A stretch of DNA of 63,365 nt, filler included, from Basidiobolus ranarum (taxonomy: Eukaryota), in NCBI GenBank assembly GCA_040143965.1. It is 30 parts of 30 records of this genome, joined end to end, with 100 filler letters (N's around TTAATTAATTAA, not from the genome) between each part and the next. Parts side by side here need not be neighbours in the genome. Positions count along the whole stretch, not along the records: positions 61,359 to 63,365 come from JASJQH010010807.1; 29 more parts are not named here. The stretch is one strand, 5' to 3'. The position numbers were made by a program, and so were the translations under genes. Positions 63,275 to 63,365 of this stretch are shown in pieces. Position 1 is the stretch's first letter; each line of letters opens with the position of its first letter. The notes beneath the pieces are model-generated. The model was given only the letters and a program-made list of their open reading frames with translations. It had not been told where the DNA came from and did not search any database.

Positions 63275-63365
63275 TGTTAAAGTTATTTAGGGAGAAATAT
63301 TGGTCTGGCCAGGATTTGAACCTGGGACCTCCTTTACTCTAGCAAGGTGCCCTAATCACTGAGCT
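63275..63365 (-). mobile_element. tRNA-like sequence (63301-63365) plus a 26-bp LTR-type end (...TTTAACA)
   Basis: Reverse complement AGCTCAGTGATTAGGGCA-CCTTG-CTAGAGT-AAAGG-AGGTC-CCAGG-TTCAAAT-CCTGG-CCAGACCA-ATATTTCTCCCTAAATAACTTTAACA. Contains A- and B-box-like motifs. Confidence 0.82.

Overview
This window is not one locus. It is 30 unrelated ~2.0-kb contigs (2024 bp falling to 2007 bp, sorted by length) joined by 29 identical artificial 100-bp linkers (N44-TTAATTAATTAA-N44). The DNA is AT-rich and eukaryotic, with short GT-AG introns and fungal-type genes; an early-diverging fungus is my inference. About two thirds of the contigs are nested, CpG-depleted transposon debris: Ty1/copia (three LTR families), Ty3/gypsy including a chromovirus, and many pieces of one CACTA/CMC-type DNA transposon. 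The other contigs carry host gene fragments: two tandem UNC-93-like transporters, a C2H2 zinc-finger factor, mitochondrial uS17, a Nudix hydrolase, PY-motif membrane proteins, an aldo-keto reductase, Hsp31/DJ-1 and an HSF-domain factor. Most notable: (1) a mobile tRNA-like sequence 26 bp from an LTR-type AACA end, present twice in different flanks, suggesting a tRNA-bearing non-autonomous LTR element; (2) a DNA transposon reconstructable across contigs, with 13-bp TIRs CCCTAACARAAAT and a head-to-head transposase plus uncharacterised ORF2; (3) CpG-directed decay confined to repeats. All family calls are by-eye motif recognition, and boundaries of degraded elements are approximate.
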